A DNA stretch of 64,000 nucleotides from Candidatus Levyibacteriota bacterium (GTDB lineage Bacteria > Patescibacteriota > Microgenomatia > Levybacterales > UBA12049): the NCBI GenBank assembly GCA_052034235.1, contig JBPOIT010000013.1:3257-67256 (forward strand). Reading direction: 5' to 3'. Position 1 is the first letter of the stretch. The number at the start of each line of letters is the position of its first letter. The notes below the pieces were generated by a model. That model worked only from the letters and a program-made list of their open reading frames with translations. It ran no database searches and had not been told where the DNA came from. The position numbers and the translations under genes were made by a program. Shown in pieces: positions 40,825-50,189 of this stretch.

Positions 40825-42513
40825 TTATTTCGATTTTATAATTATTTTCATCAATCGTTTTCTCGTTATAAAAAGACCGGCAACAATAACAACAAATATG
40901 AGACTTACGACTTTACCCAATATACGCACCTTGGTATCTTCGAACTGTAATTTGATGTCATGTTTGCCGGCAGGAACGGTATAGGTAATCACACCTCTAT
41001 AATTTGGATCTTGAAATTGTATCTCTTGTTTTTGACCATCAACATAGAGCGTCCAACCTGGGAAATAAAATGTATAGTCAACTATATGCAATGGTGTTTT
41101 AGCTTCAATCGTATACATTCTTGACGAGTTTTTTATAGTTTTAGAAAGAATTTTGCCTTCTCCTCCAACAATTTCTATTTGCTCTTTTTTAACAGGGTAT
41201 GTTTCTGTCTCCCCTGTCCAAATAGTATTCATGTTATTTGAGTGAAGATTAATCGTGGTAAATGTATATGTACTTTGGGGATATGCTGTAAAATTCTTCC
41301 CGTAAAGTTGAGGGAAACGAGTAATACAAACGAGCAAGACGATGGCAATAATTAATATATTTTTATTGAATTTACTTAAGAGTGCGATAATAATAATCGG
41401 CGGAATAAAAATAAACGCTGAAAACATGCGCCATGGAAACTGAATATTCCCAAGGAAACTAAAAATTTTATAAAAGCTTTCTGAATACTGTGTCGTGAAG
41501 AATATAATGATTAGCCCTGTCACAACTGCAAAGTCTAAAAGCGTAATTTGTTTTTTAAGTGAGCCTTTAATGAGTCTCGTAACAACCACTATCAAACCAA
41601 TAAGTACTCCAATTGTTTCAATAAGACCAGACTGTATAAAATGTCCCCTTGAAAAGATATCATCCTTATAAAAATAATACCAATTAGGATCAAAGTAATT
41701 TATGAGCCCAACAAATTGATTGGCAACCAGATGATTTTTTTCACTTCCGTAATAAAAGTACTTTAATTCTTGTGTCAGTGGGATAATATACCATCCTGTT
41801 AAACCAAGCGCAAAAACTATAGAAAAGAAAAATAATCCAAAAAAGAAAATTGTCTTCTTTGTTATACGAAATCCTGTAACTGAAATAACGTTGAATAAAA
41901 AATACGGTATAAAAAGAAAAGCATATGTTACAAACATCATAGGGTGTGTGATGATAATACCTGCTAGACAAAGTGTCATAAGAAAAAATGCATTAACACT
42001 TTTCTTTTGGATCAGATGATAAATACTAATAAGAGTCAACGGTAATAGAATTGTTGAAAATGTTTCAGGAATTGCGCCACGAATATACAGATCAATAATC
42101 CTAAACGGCGCAAAATTAAAAAGGAAAGTTCCTAGAAATGCGTATTTTGGCTCAAAATAAAGACGCAAGAAATAATAGAAGAAAACGTTTGAAAGAAGAA
42201 TTCCTATGAACGCAACAATGTTATATGCAAGCACAGGATCATTTGTGAACAAATTAAAGAACATGCCCAAATAACTAGTGGCCTGCTGTGAGAACATGCC
42301 GATTGGCATTCCATAATTTGCAAAACCATCTAGCCACATCACTGGAAAATCTCCACTTTTGAATGCGTCAGTATATTGAGCAGCTGTTGTTATGTGTACA
42401 AGACCATCCATATTTGCAGATCTGCCGACATGGATAAAAAGATCAAGAACTGAAAAAACTGATATAATAGCAATGAGGAGAAGCGGAGCGAGGTTATTTT
42501 TTTTGTGGCTCAT
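40825..42513 (-). CDS. YfhO/'6-pyruvoyl-tetrahydropterin synthase-related' membrane protein (GT-C-like)
   Basis: DGLVH, YGMPIG, APFR..YIRGA.PE, IQFPWR, FYFPGW..VDG, VPAGKH, C-terminal TM. Paralog of 53250-54968. Confidence 0.75.
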   Translation of the reverse strand: MSHKKNNLAPLLLIAIISVFSVLDLFIHVGRSANMDGLVHITTAAQYTDAFKSGDFPVMWLDGFANYGMPIGMFSQQATSYLGMFFNLFTNDPVLAYNIVAFIGILLSNVFFYYFLRLYFEPKYAFLGTFLFNFAPFRIIDLYIRGAIPETFSTILLPLTLISIYHLIQKKSVNAFFLMTLCLAGIIITHPMMFVTYAFLFIPYFLFNVISVTGFRITKKTIFFFGLFFFSIVFALGLTGWYIIPLTQELKYFYYGSEKNHLVANQFVGLINYFDPNWYYFYKDDIFSRGHFIQSGLIETIGVLIGLIVVVTRLIKGSLKKQITLLDFAVVTGLIIIFFTTQYSESFYKIFSFLGNIQFPWRMFSAFIFIPPIIIIALLSKFNKNILIIAIVLLVCITRFPQLYGKNFTAYPQSTYTFTTINLHSNNMNTIWTGETETYPVKKEQIEIVGGEGKILSKTIKNSSRMYTIEAKTPLHIVDYTFYFPGWTLYVDGQKQEIQFQDPNYRGVITYTVPAGKHDIKLQFEDTKVRILGKVVSLIFVVIVAGLFITRKRLMKIIIKSK

Positions 42514-42535
42514 GCTTATGATTATACCTAAGACA

Positions 42536-43132
42536 ATGAAAAAACTAAAGAACAGTCCTTGGTTGCTCTATGGGATTCTCGGAGCAATAATAGTCGTCAC
42601 TTTTGTTATATTTCAACCCAAAGTCGCAAGCTCTCTTTTTCAACCGAAGCGAGCTATGCTTCTTGAAACATATAGTACTGCGGTTAAAACCCAATCTCCA
42701 TTTAATCCACAAAACTATTGGGAATTTAGGGAATTTTATTCTCCAGGACATTTTCTCTATGAAAAGACTGGCCTTCCCAAAGAAATTCTGAGTGAATTCC
42801 TATCAGATTCACCAATTCCTCTCCAGCAAAAGCACTTTATAACACCGTTCCTTTCTTTCGAATCACCATATTTAGAAAGTATAGACAGTTTAACTACAGC
42901 AAATAGTATTGATGAGATACTTGATTCAAATAGATTAAACTCTCAAGCTATTGTGGCAAAAAATAAGCACGCGATGCTTTATAGGTATGAAAAAGATAAA
43001 TTATTCCTTATATTTGTTCTCTCCGGAGATGAAATGAAGAAAGCCAATGGATTCTTTGATTATCGAGAAGCTGATAAAGAATTTGTAAAAGGTAAAAATT
43101 GGCTTAATGTCACGTATATTCAGGTTAAATAA
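42536..43132 (+). CDS. Hypothetical membrane-anchored protein
   Basis: Start moved to ATG 42536 because the longer ORF would overlap the divergent gene; single N-terminal TM (LLYGILGAIIVVTFVIF), then YWEFREFYSPG. Confidence 0.65.
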   Translation: MKKLKNSPWLLYGILGAIIVVTFVIFQPKVASSLFQPKRAMLLETYSTAVKTQSPFNPQNYWEFREFYSPGHFLYEKTGLPKEILSEFLSDSPIPLQQKHFITPFLSFESPYLESIDSLTTANSIDEILDSNRLNSQAIVAKNKHAMLYRYEKDKLFLIFVLSGDEMKKANGFFDYREADKEFVKGKNWLNVTYIQVK

Positions 43133-44195
43133 GAAGATCGTTTACCTTTTTACAAAAAATTTCTTTGCTGTACTCTTTTGCATCTTTTTGAGCAGTTTCT
43201 GAAAGATGCTCCCACATTTTTTGATTTTTGGTAAGTTCGATAGTTTTTGTTTGTAATTCTTCTAGAGTATTCCATAGCAGACCATTTGCACCATCTCGCA
43301 CGATCTCTTTTTGTCCACCTGCATTTATCACAACAGGAACAACTCCTGCGCCCATTGCCTCAACTGTTGAAATGCCGAAATGTTCTGCCAAATGAGGACG
43401 CAGCTGCAAATCTTCTCCGAATCCTGATGCATGCCAATAAATTTTTGCTTTATTATAAATCTCCCATAATTCTTTATTTGTTTTATTCACTGCAAATTCA
43501 ATTGGATAGCGACTTGCACTCTTTAACATTGCTTGAAACTTCCCGTCGTTTTCATCATGAATACTTGTTGCGATAACAAGTTTCCATTCTTTAAAACCTT
43601 TATCAACCATCTGTTTAAAGGTCTCTACCATAAATTGTTGTTTTTTAAAATCATTACTCACAACATTTGCTGTCCTGAATCGACCAACATGAAGTATTAT
43701 ATTTTGTTTTGGAGTTTTTTGAGCATATAATGCAACTGGAGGATAAATTATTTCTGTTTTTACCTTTCCAAAAAGTTTCGTATTGCAAGCCTTTGTGAAA
43801 ATGGAATTATAAAAAATTTTATTAACTCGTTTTAGTTTTATCCCACCTTTCCAGGTAGTCACTTCACTTTTCGCAAGAGGTTGTTGAATATGTAAAAAAA
43901 GTTTTTTTGAAAGGACAACAGGTATACTGCCGTCACTGAGCACAATAAGTACGTCGTATTTTTTAGATTCCGCAAGTCGTTTGATCAATGAAGTTTTAGA
44001 TGAAAATATATTTTGGGTGCGTTTTATTCTATCCAAATTTATGGAAAACCGTTTTTTAAGCGCTTCGATGTCTTCATTATTCTCCCAAAAAAGAGACACA
44101 TCGTGATTCTGAGATAGGCATTCTGCTATCGTCATCATATATTTCTCACCGCCACCTAGATCATCAAGATATGGATCAAAAATTCCTATTCGCAT
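43125..44195 (-). CDS. GT4 glycosyltransferase (ALG11-like motif)
   Basis: IGIFDPYLDDLGGGEKY, IYPPV, HVGRF, YWHASG, AEHFGISTVEAM. Confidence 0.88.
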   Translation of the reverse strand: MRIGIFDPYLDDLGGGEKYMMTIAECLSQNHDVSLFWENNEDIEALKKRFSINLDRIKRTQNIFSSKTSLIKRLAESKKYDVLIVLSDGSIPVVLSKKLFLHIQQPLAKSEVTTWKGGIKLKRVNKIFYNSIFTKACNTKLFGKVKTEIIYPPVALYAQKTPKQNIILHVGRFRTANVVSNDFKKQQFMVETFKQMVDKGFKEWKLVIATSIHDENDGKFQAMLKSASRYPIEFAVNKTNKELWEIYNKAKIYWHASGFGEDLQLRPHLAEHFGISTVEAMGAGVVPVVINAGGQKEIVRDGANGLLWNTLEELQTKTIELTKNQKMWEHLSETAQKDAKEYSKEIFCKKVNDLLI

Positions 44196-44261
44196 ACCTA
44201 GATTCTAACAGCTTTTTATGCGCTTGCATATGTGTTAAGCTCATGTTACGATATTTCCACG

Positions 44262-44528
44262 ATGAATTTTGGCCCTACAATCCCCTTCGGTCAGGCACTA
44301 ATTATTTACTTTGTTACAACCTGGATTCTGATATGGAAAGGAATTGCATTATGGAGAGCAGCGCAATCACATCAGCGCAACTGGTTTATTGTAATGCTCG
44401 TTCTTAATCTTGATACATTGGGAATCCTTGAAATAATTTATTTGTTTAGATTTGCTAAAAAGCGACTGACGCTTAAAGATATACAACACTGGTTTGAAAA
44501 AACCTTTACCCGCAGATCTTCAAAGTAA
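44262..44528 (+). CDS. Small membrane protein, DUF5652-like
   Basis: WKGIALWRAA..Q..WFI..L..NLDTLGILEIIYLF. Preceded by TTGCAT-17-TACGAT; start set at ATG 44262. Confidence 0.75.
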   Translation: MNFGPTIPFGQALIIYFVTTWILIWKGIALWRAAQSHQRNWFIVMLVLNLDTLGILEIIYLFRFAKKRLTLKDIQHWFEKTFTRRSSK

Positions 44529-44578
44529 CATCTTACAGTTTACCTCTACAATAGCGTATAATAAGCTTAATATTATCT

Positions 44579-46531
44579 ATGGGAAATTTTTTCCTTGAGG
44601 CAGTCCTTTTTATAATTGCAGTCATAGTCTGCTTCTATTTCACTGGAAATGTCTTCTTCCACTTTCTCAAAATCAAACTCCAAGGAATTGAAAAATTATT
44701 CCTCACGATAGTCGCAGGATTATCAGTTTTTACAATAGTACTTTACTTACTTTCCTGGATTAATGCAGAGCTATTAGCTTGGCCTCTTTTACTCGTAATA
44801 TCAATAATCGCATTCAAAAAAAATCTCTATATAATTTCTTTTGAAAAAAAAGAATATGCACCACTTATGTTTATTATCTCGTGTTCAGTAATCTTTAGTA
44901 CGCCGCTTATGTTGTACGGATTATTCGGAAATACGATATCACATCGATTTGATGATTTATGGCATTTAGCACTCATTCAGGAAATGAAAGTACACTTTCC
45001 TCCTGACATACCGACCTACGCTGGTGTACCCCTTAAGGGATATCATTTTTTCTCAGATTTTATCGTTGCAAAAATAAGTAATTTATTCTTTATCACTCCG
45101 TTTTATTTGTTTTATCAATTTTTTTCAATTTTCCTGAGCTTTCTTTGGGGTATGGGTGCTTATACGTTGCTATATCTTTGGTCCAAAAAAGTCTCTGCTG
45201 CGATGTGGGCAGTTTTTCTCACAATGTTTGGGGGTAGTTTTGCCTATATCTTTCACTGGTTTGGTCATCCGGAAATTAATCTTCAGGACGGATTACGGAT
45301 GCTCCAACCAGCAGTATCACTTTTTAATCCGCCATATACGCTCTCTGTAATAGTATTATTTTTTTGTCTCAGTCTGCTTTACAAATATATCACAACTCGT
45401 GAGAAACGCTGGCTGATACCTTTTATCTTTGGTGCAGGCATTTTACCGATGATAAAAGTCTATGCTGGAATAATTTTATTTGGAGGATTAATTGTCACAG
45501 CATGTAACGAAATCCTAAAGAAAAAATACTTTCTCATCATCATTTTCTTATGCATAGGATTTCTTTTCTTAATTACCTACGGTCTTTTTGTTCTTGGTCA
45601 TGGAAGTCTTATTTGGTATCCTCTCTGGCCTACGCATCAACTGCTCGGAGGATTCAGCGGCGCTGGTTATGAAGAGAAAATAGCTACTTATTATAAAGTG
45701 GGTGTTCTTTCTAAAATTATTCCGATTGAGCTATGGGGACTCTTTTTGTTTCTCATCGGCAATTTAGGAACGAGGCTTTTTGGCATACTTGCACTTCTAT
45801 TTTTGTTAAGACAGAAGAAAAGGCCGAGCAATTTTGCACTATCAGTTTTCGTAATGTTACTTATTTCAGTCTTACTTCCACTGTTTTTTATACAAACGGG
45901 CAAGGTCTTTGAAATGATTCAGATGACAAATTATTATCTGATGTTTTGCTCTCTATTCGCTTCACTTGGCATCGCTGCTTTTATCAATCTCAAATTTCGT
46001 CATAAAAAAAGCATACTATGGTTGACTGCATTTATATTTATTGTTTTGACAATACCCTCAGCAATTGCTATGCAAAATTCAATGATTACAAATGCATCTA
46101 GTAGACATGAATTATCAGAACCACGATATAAAGCTTTATTGACGCTTCGTAATCAAGGTACTTATTCAGATACAATACTTGAACTTCCCGAACTTGGAAC
46201 ATCTTCTACTCAGGAGTCATTAAAAAGTTGGCATGACTACACCGAACCACTTGCGGCTGTTTTGTCAAATAAAAGAGCATATCTTATTGATGGAGGTATT
46301 TTATTCCCAGGCATGAAACTAGAGGATCGTTTAGATGATCATGCCTCTATCATTAATTACCGCATTGATCCAACACTACAATCCGCTGAAAAAGTAAAAG
46401 AAATATTACAAAAAAAGAGTATTCGATATATCATTTCTCCCTACAATTTTCCTGATTTAGAAAAAATATCAGGTATACAAGCTATCTATACTGATCAATA
46501 TTTTATATATGAATTTATTAACAAAAAGTAG
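44579..46531 (+). CDS. Large multi-TM membrane protein, GT-C-like
   Basis: About 14 TMs; acidic loop FDDLWHLALIQE, P..AGVPL.GYHFFSD; C-terminal soluble domain with IRYI. Confidence 0.65.
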   Translation: MGNFFLEAVLFIIAVIVCFYFTGNVFFHFLKIKLQGIEKLFLTIVAGLSVFTIVLYLLSWINAELLAWPLLLVISIIAFKKNLYIISFEKKEYAPLMFIISCSVIFSTPLMLYGLFGNTISHRFDDLWHLALIQEMKVHFPPDIPTYAGVPLKGYHFFSDFIVAKISNLFFITPFYLFYQFFSIFLSFLWGMGAYTLLYLWSKKVSAAMWAVFLTMFGGSFAYIFHWFGHPEINLQDGLRMLQPAVSLFNPPYTLSVIVLFFCLSLLYKYITTREKRWLIPFIFGAGILPMIKVYAGIILFGGLIVTACNEILKKKYFLIIIFLCIGFLFLITYGLFVLGHGSLIWYPLWPTHQLLGGFSGAGYEEKIATYYKVGVLSKIIPIELWGLFLFLIGNLGTRLFGILALLFLLRQKKRPSNFALSVFVMLLISVLLPLFFIQTGKVFEMIQMTNYYLMFCSLFASLGIAAFINLKFRHKKSILWLTAFIFIVLTIPSAIAMQNSMITNASSRHELSEPRYKALLTLRNQGTYSDTILELPELGTSSTQESLKSWHDYTEPLAAVLSNKRAYLIDGGILFPGMKLEDRLDDHASIINYRIDPTLQSAEKVKEILQKKSIRYIISPYNFPDLEKISGIQAIYTDQYFIYEFINKK

Positions 46532-46534
46532 CTG

Positions 46535-48400
46535 ATGAAAACGAGATTATTATTTATTATTATATTTTCTGTTTTTTGTTTACTAGGTGCTTTTTCGCGA
46601 CTCTATCAAATTCAAGTTGTCCCAGCTTCAATCAGTTATGATGAGCTTGACCATGTGATAAATGGACTCAGTATTTTTTATACAGGAAAAGATATACAAG
46701 GTGAACATTTTTTTTGGGAACTATATCCTACGCAAACACATACATTTACTGCCGAATTAAGCGGCTTGTGGCATAGTTTTGTCTCATTTCTACCTCTTCC
46801 AAACTATACACTAGCACGGTTACCCAATATCATTGCAGGCTTTGTAGCATCCGGTGCATTTGCTTTTTTTGTCTATCAGGTCTTTCGATCGAGAAAAATT
46901 GCTCTCATAGTTCTTGCGCTTATGCTGGTCTCACCATGGCATATTTTACTTTCAAGAACTGCCTATGAAGCACCAGTTGCACTAGCATGGCTCATTAGTA
47001 GTATTGTATTCTTCTGGCAAATGCTAGAGAAGAGAAAAAATAAACAAAAAATTATCTATTTGGCACTCACAATTTTTTGTATGCTCGCGTCATTTTATAC
47101 GTATCACGGTTACAAAATGCTCTTTCCTTTCATCTTTATCCTAGTATTTCTTTGGAATAGAAAAACATCAATCAAAACAAGTTTTACGAAAAAGGGTATA
47201 AAGGAAATTTCAAATTATGCAATTCTTCTAATTCTCTTCTCTTGGCTTGTCGCATTCGCATTATTCAGTTATCGATTGAATGAGGGACACTATGGAAATC
47301 GAACAAGTGAAATCTCCATCCTCAACACTGAAGGCGCAACAGAAAAAGTGAATGCTGTGAGACAGGGTAGTTTAGAAAATCGATACAATTCAGTATTTGT
47401 AAATAAAGGTACGGTCGTTAGTGATCAAATAGAGAATAATTTTTTAGAGTCTTTTGACCCGGCAATGCTCTTTTTTAATGGATATGATAAATCGTATGTG
47501 TTAGGTCTTTGGGAACACGGCTTTTTGTATATTATTCAGCTGCCGTTGATTATCATAGGTTTCTTGTGGGCAAGTAAATATAAATCACGGGATACTATCT
47601 TTTTACATATTTTTATACTTATATCGGTTATTCCTGTCGTTATTCATACAAACACATCTGTCGCACTCCGTTCAGGGCTCCTTATTCCAATTCTGATACT
47701 ATTTTCTGCATTTGGAGTATATATACTCATTGCAAAAAAGTATTTTGGCAAACCAATAATGGTAACCCTATTGCTTACTGCTTTGTTGTTTAGTGTTTTT
47801 CGATTTCAACACATGTATTTCTTCCGTTTTCCAATCAATAATATAGATACATCATTATTCCAAGAAAGATTAGCGTCTGGCTATGTTGCAAGCACACATG
47901 ATGAAGGTATTCCTGTAATTGTTTTTGCAAATGAACCATATAATTCAATTCGTGTGACTGCATTTTCAGCTAGGCTTATCAATAGCAGTACAATAAGAGA
48001 TTGGCAAAAAATTCTTTCAAATCCTCGCCAAGGTACTTATACATATAACAATTTTACATTTACCAACGAGTGTAAACACGCAGGTACCATACAACCAGGA
48101 CGTGTCATTGTTGCATCACCAGATCTTGCTGCAAACTGTAATTTAGAAAATAACTATGCAGCATATGCTGCAAATCTCAAAGTGAAGAATATGGGACCAC
48201 AAGTAATAGTACTTCCATCACCACGAGATAATCATGATTATTATAGAGTTTTTAACGATCAGCTGTGCAAAAACCGTTTTGTACCTGGACAAATATGGAT
48301 AAAAAAAGCTGAAGATTATAAGATTGAGGCATTATCACCTGATGATTTATGTGGGAAGTGGACAAAAATAGAGAGTTTTCGTCTTAAAAAAAGCACTTAG
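46535..48400 (+). CDS. GT-C membrane glycosyltransferase (PMT/ArnT-like)
   Basis: YDELDHVING..TGKD, ARLP, SPWHILLSRTAYE, SFYTYH; related to 35773-37428 and 37432-39090. Confidence 0.8.
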   Translation: MKTRLLFIIIFSVFCLLGAFSRLYQIQVVPASISYDELDHVINGLSIFYTGKDIQGEHFFWELYPTQTHTFTAELSGLWHSFVSFLPLPNYTLARLPNIIAGFVASGAFAFFVYQVFRSRKIALIVLALMLVSPWHILLSRTAYEAPVALAWLISSIVFFWQMLEKRKNKQKIIYLALTIFCMLASFYTYHGYKMLFPFIFILVFLWNRKTSIKTSFTKKGIKEISNYAILLILFSWLVAFALFSYRLNEGHYGNRTSEISILNTEGATEKVNAVRQGSLENRYNSVFVNKGTVVSDQIENNFLESFDPAMLFFNGYDKSYVLGLWEHGFLYIIQLPLIIIGFLWASKYKSRDTIFLHIFILISVIPVVIHTNTSVALRSGLLIPILILFSAFGVYILIAKKYFGKPIMVTLLLTALLFSVFRFQHMYFFRFPINNIDTSLFQERLASGYVASTHDEGIPVIVFANEPYNSIRVTAFSARLINSSTIRDWQKILSNPRQGTYTYNNFTFTNECKHAGTIQPGRVIVASPDLAANCNLENNYAAYAANLKVKNMGPQVIVLPSPRDNHDYYRVFNDQLCKNRFVPGQIWIKKAEDYKIEALSPDDLCGKWTKIESFRLKKST

Positions 48401-49149
48401 TGCACTTTATTCTGTTTCTCCCACAATTTTGCATAGGTGATGAACATGCTAAATGATTGATAGATACTTTCAACAAGTCCTGCAGTGCCCGCTCGCCATC
48501 CTTCTTGTTTTATATACGAACCATAAAAGGCAGTTAGCATGACACGAAAGAATCTCCAGCCTGACATTTTAGGATGATTTGCTTTTAGTCGCAAATCAGC
48601 CTCAACATCTGACCATTTGATAGTTTTTTCGACCATAGACGTTAAGTCACGATGCGTGTAATGGAATAGAAATCCGTCTTCAATATCTGCAATTTCTCCA
48701 TCAACTTTTGCTGTCTCATGCAAATCACCATACCACTCCTGCAGTTTTGTTTTTTTGAATAACCGCTCAAGTTTTTCAATATATGGCCATTCATGATTTC
48801 CAAAGTAAAAGTTTTTTCTTTTTATCCGGTAAGCACTAACTGTTGATCGCTCTTTTGCAACGAGATCCTGAATGCTTGTCTTCAACTCAGGAGATATCCG
48901 CTCATCTGAATCAACATACAGTATCCATTTTCCCTTTGCTTTTTTCAGTCCGAAATTCCGTTTTTCAGCAAAACTTTTTGCTTCATCTGAGAACACATGG
49001 GCCCCCATATGTTTTGCTAGATCAACTGTCCGATCGGTTGAATTATCATCAATAACAATTATCTCATCACAAAAAGAAACAGAATCAAGACAGTCTGCAA
49101 TCAACTCTTCTGCGTTTTTAGTAAGTATAATAGCTGAAATCTTTATCAT
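48397..49149 (-). CDS. GT2 glycosyltransferase (WaaE/KdtX-like)
   Basis: ISAIILTKN, IDDNSTDRT, FAEKRNFG, VDSDE, LHE, HYT. Confidence 0.9.
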   Translation of the reverse strand: MIKISAIILTKNAEELIADCLDSVSFCDEIIVIDDNSTDRTVDLAKHMGAHVFSDEAKSFAEKRNFGLKKAKGKWILYVDSDERISPELKTSIQDLVAKERSTVSAYRIKRKNFYFGNHEWPYIEKLERLFKKTKLQEWYGDLHETAKVDGEIADIEDGFLFHYTHRDLTSMVEKTIKWSDVEADLRLKANHPKMSGWRFFRVMLTAFYGSYIKQEGWRAGTAGLVESIYQSFSMFITYAKLWEKQNKVH

Positions 49150-49168
49150 GTATTGCTATTGTATCAAA

Positions 49169-49864
49169 CTAAGCATAAACTGGAAATCTCGTGTTTTCTT
49201 CTGCTTCAATAAGCATATCTCTGAAATCCGCGATGATACGTTCTTCAAGACTGGAAAGCCCTGGCTGCTCAACCATTCGCACATCGACCGGATCCATAAG
49301 AAGTTTAACAATATGCAATTTGTTAGCCGCAACAGCAGCTCCTGTTGCTGTGATATCTAGAATACCATCACATCCAGGAACTGCATACTGAAGCGCCTCT
49401 GTAGAACCAGGCATTGCCCAAACCTCAACAGTATCTGCAAATAAATCTCCTGCAATACCTGGAAATTTGGTAACAATGGTACTACCTCTTAAATCATCGG
49501 ATACAGGTTCTCTGCCTTTTTCGTCAAGAACCCGATTTCTCAAAGAGTTAGTGACTCCAATAAATAATGTCCCGCTATTCGGAATAGTTGGGATAGGCTC
49601 GCCTTGCTCTCTCATTCCTGCATTCCAAAGGATATCACCTCCTGTTATCCCCGCTCTTGTCTTTGTTCTTTCACTAGTAACAATTTCAGGTACACTACTC
49701 GGACGAATAAGCAACATTTCAATTCCCAAGCGATCAACTGTTACAAGATTCTGCTTTGTCTCAACAGGAATTGCTAAACCCGCACGTCGTAATTGCATAT
49801 TTACCGGCTTTCCTAATTCACCTGTTGGAACTGCAATTTGCACTCTATTAAATTTTTCAGTCAT
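49169..49864 (-). CDS. hisG: ATP phosphoribosyltransferase, short form, divergent
   Basis: IAVPTG, IRPSSVP, GITGGDIL, IVTKFP, GSTE, GILDITATG..AANKL follow the HisG motif order; no C-terminal ACT domain. Strong SD AAAGGAGG before ATG 49864; His T-box upstream. Confidence 0.8.
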   Translation of the reverse strand: MTEKFNRVQIAVPTGELGKPVNMQLRRAGLAIPVETKQNLVTVDRLGIEMLLIRPSSVPEIVTSERTKTRAGITGGDILWNAGMREQGEPIPTIPNSGTLFIGVTNSLRNRVLDEKGREPVSDDLRGSTIVTKFPGIAGDLFADTVEVWAMPGSTEALQYAVPGCDGILDITATGAAVAANKLHIVKLLMDPVDVRMVEQPGLSSLEERIIADFRDMLIEAEENTRFPVYA

Positions 49865-49896
49865 ATTAATCCTCCTTTCTTTAATTTTTTTTCCAC

Positions 49897-49953
49897 AAAA
49901 AAACCTTTCGTTCACTACTTATTACGAAACGTAATAAATAAGGAACGAAAGGT
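49897..49953 (-). terminator. Intrinsic terminator of the T-box leader
   Basis: ACCUUUCGUUC...GAACGAAAGGU followed by a U tract; its 5' arm is shared with the antiterminator. Confidence 0.85.
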
Positions 49954-50119
49954 ACAAAAAAAGGACCTTCCGCGGTCCCATCCTTATTCCTAATCTATTG
50001 CTAAACTAGGCTCTTAACGGCGACTCCGCGATAGCGACATCGTCTGTTGTATTTAACGGTTCAACTTCCGTAAGGCATTTTGGCCTTCAGCTCCCGGATC
50101 GTGACTCCGGTCAAACGCT
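49897..50119 (-). ncRNA. T-box riboswitch, histidine-specific, ultrashort Stem I, transcriptional type
   Basis: Stem I AGC-GUUU-GA-CCGGA-[GU CAC GA]-UCCGG-GA-GCU; Stem IIA/B pseudoknot ACGG-AAGUUGAA-CCGU-UAAAUA-CAAC; Stem III CCUAGUUUA-GCAA-UAGAUUAGG; T-box AAUAAGGA-UGGGACC-GCGGAAGGU pairing with ACCUUUCGU-UCCUUAUU; competing terminator. Confidence 0.9.
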
Positions 50120-50141
50120 TTTATTATTAAATTGTAATTTT

Positions 50142-50169
50142 ATTATAACAGCTCAGGAAATAAAGTCAA
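50142..50169 (-). promoter_or_regulatory. Promoter of the T-box/hisG unit
   Basis: TTGACT-16 nt-TATAAT with extended TGn, about 22 nt upstream of Stem I. Confidence 0.75.
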
Positions 50170-50189
50170 TAGATACTATAAGCTTTTAT

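Noticed and set aside
49865-49915. N-terminal extension of the hisG ORF (MNERFFCGKKIKERRIN) as a leader peptide or true start
   Set aside because: It begins at a GTG inside the terminator stem and has no His codons; a strong SD marks ATG 49864, and the T-box explains the regulation.
50100-50102. Reading the T-box specifier as ACG (Thr) instead of CAC
   Set aside because: The UGGG bulge (matching C73) and the downstream hisG both agree with His.
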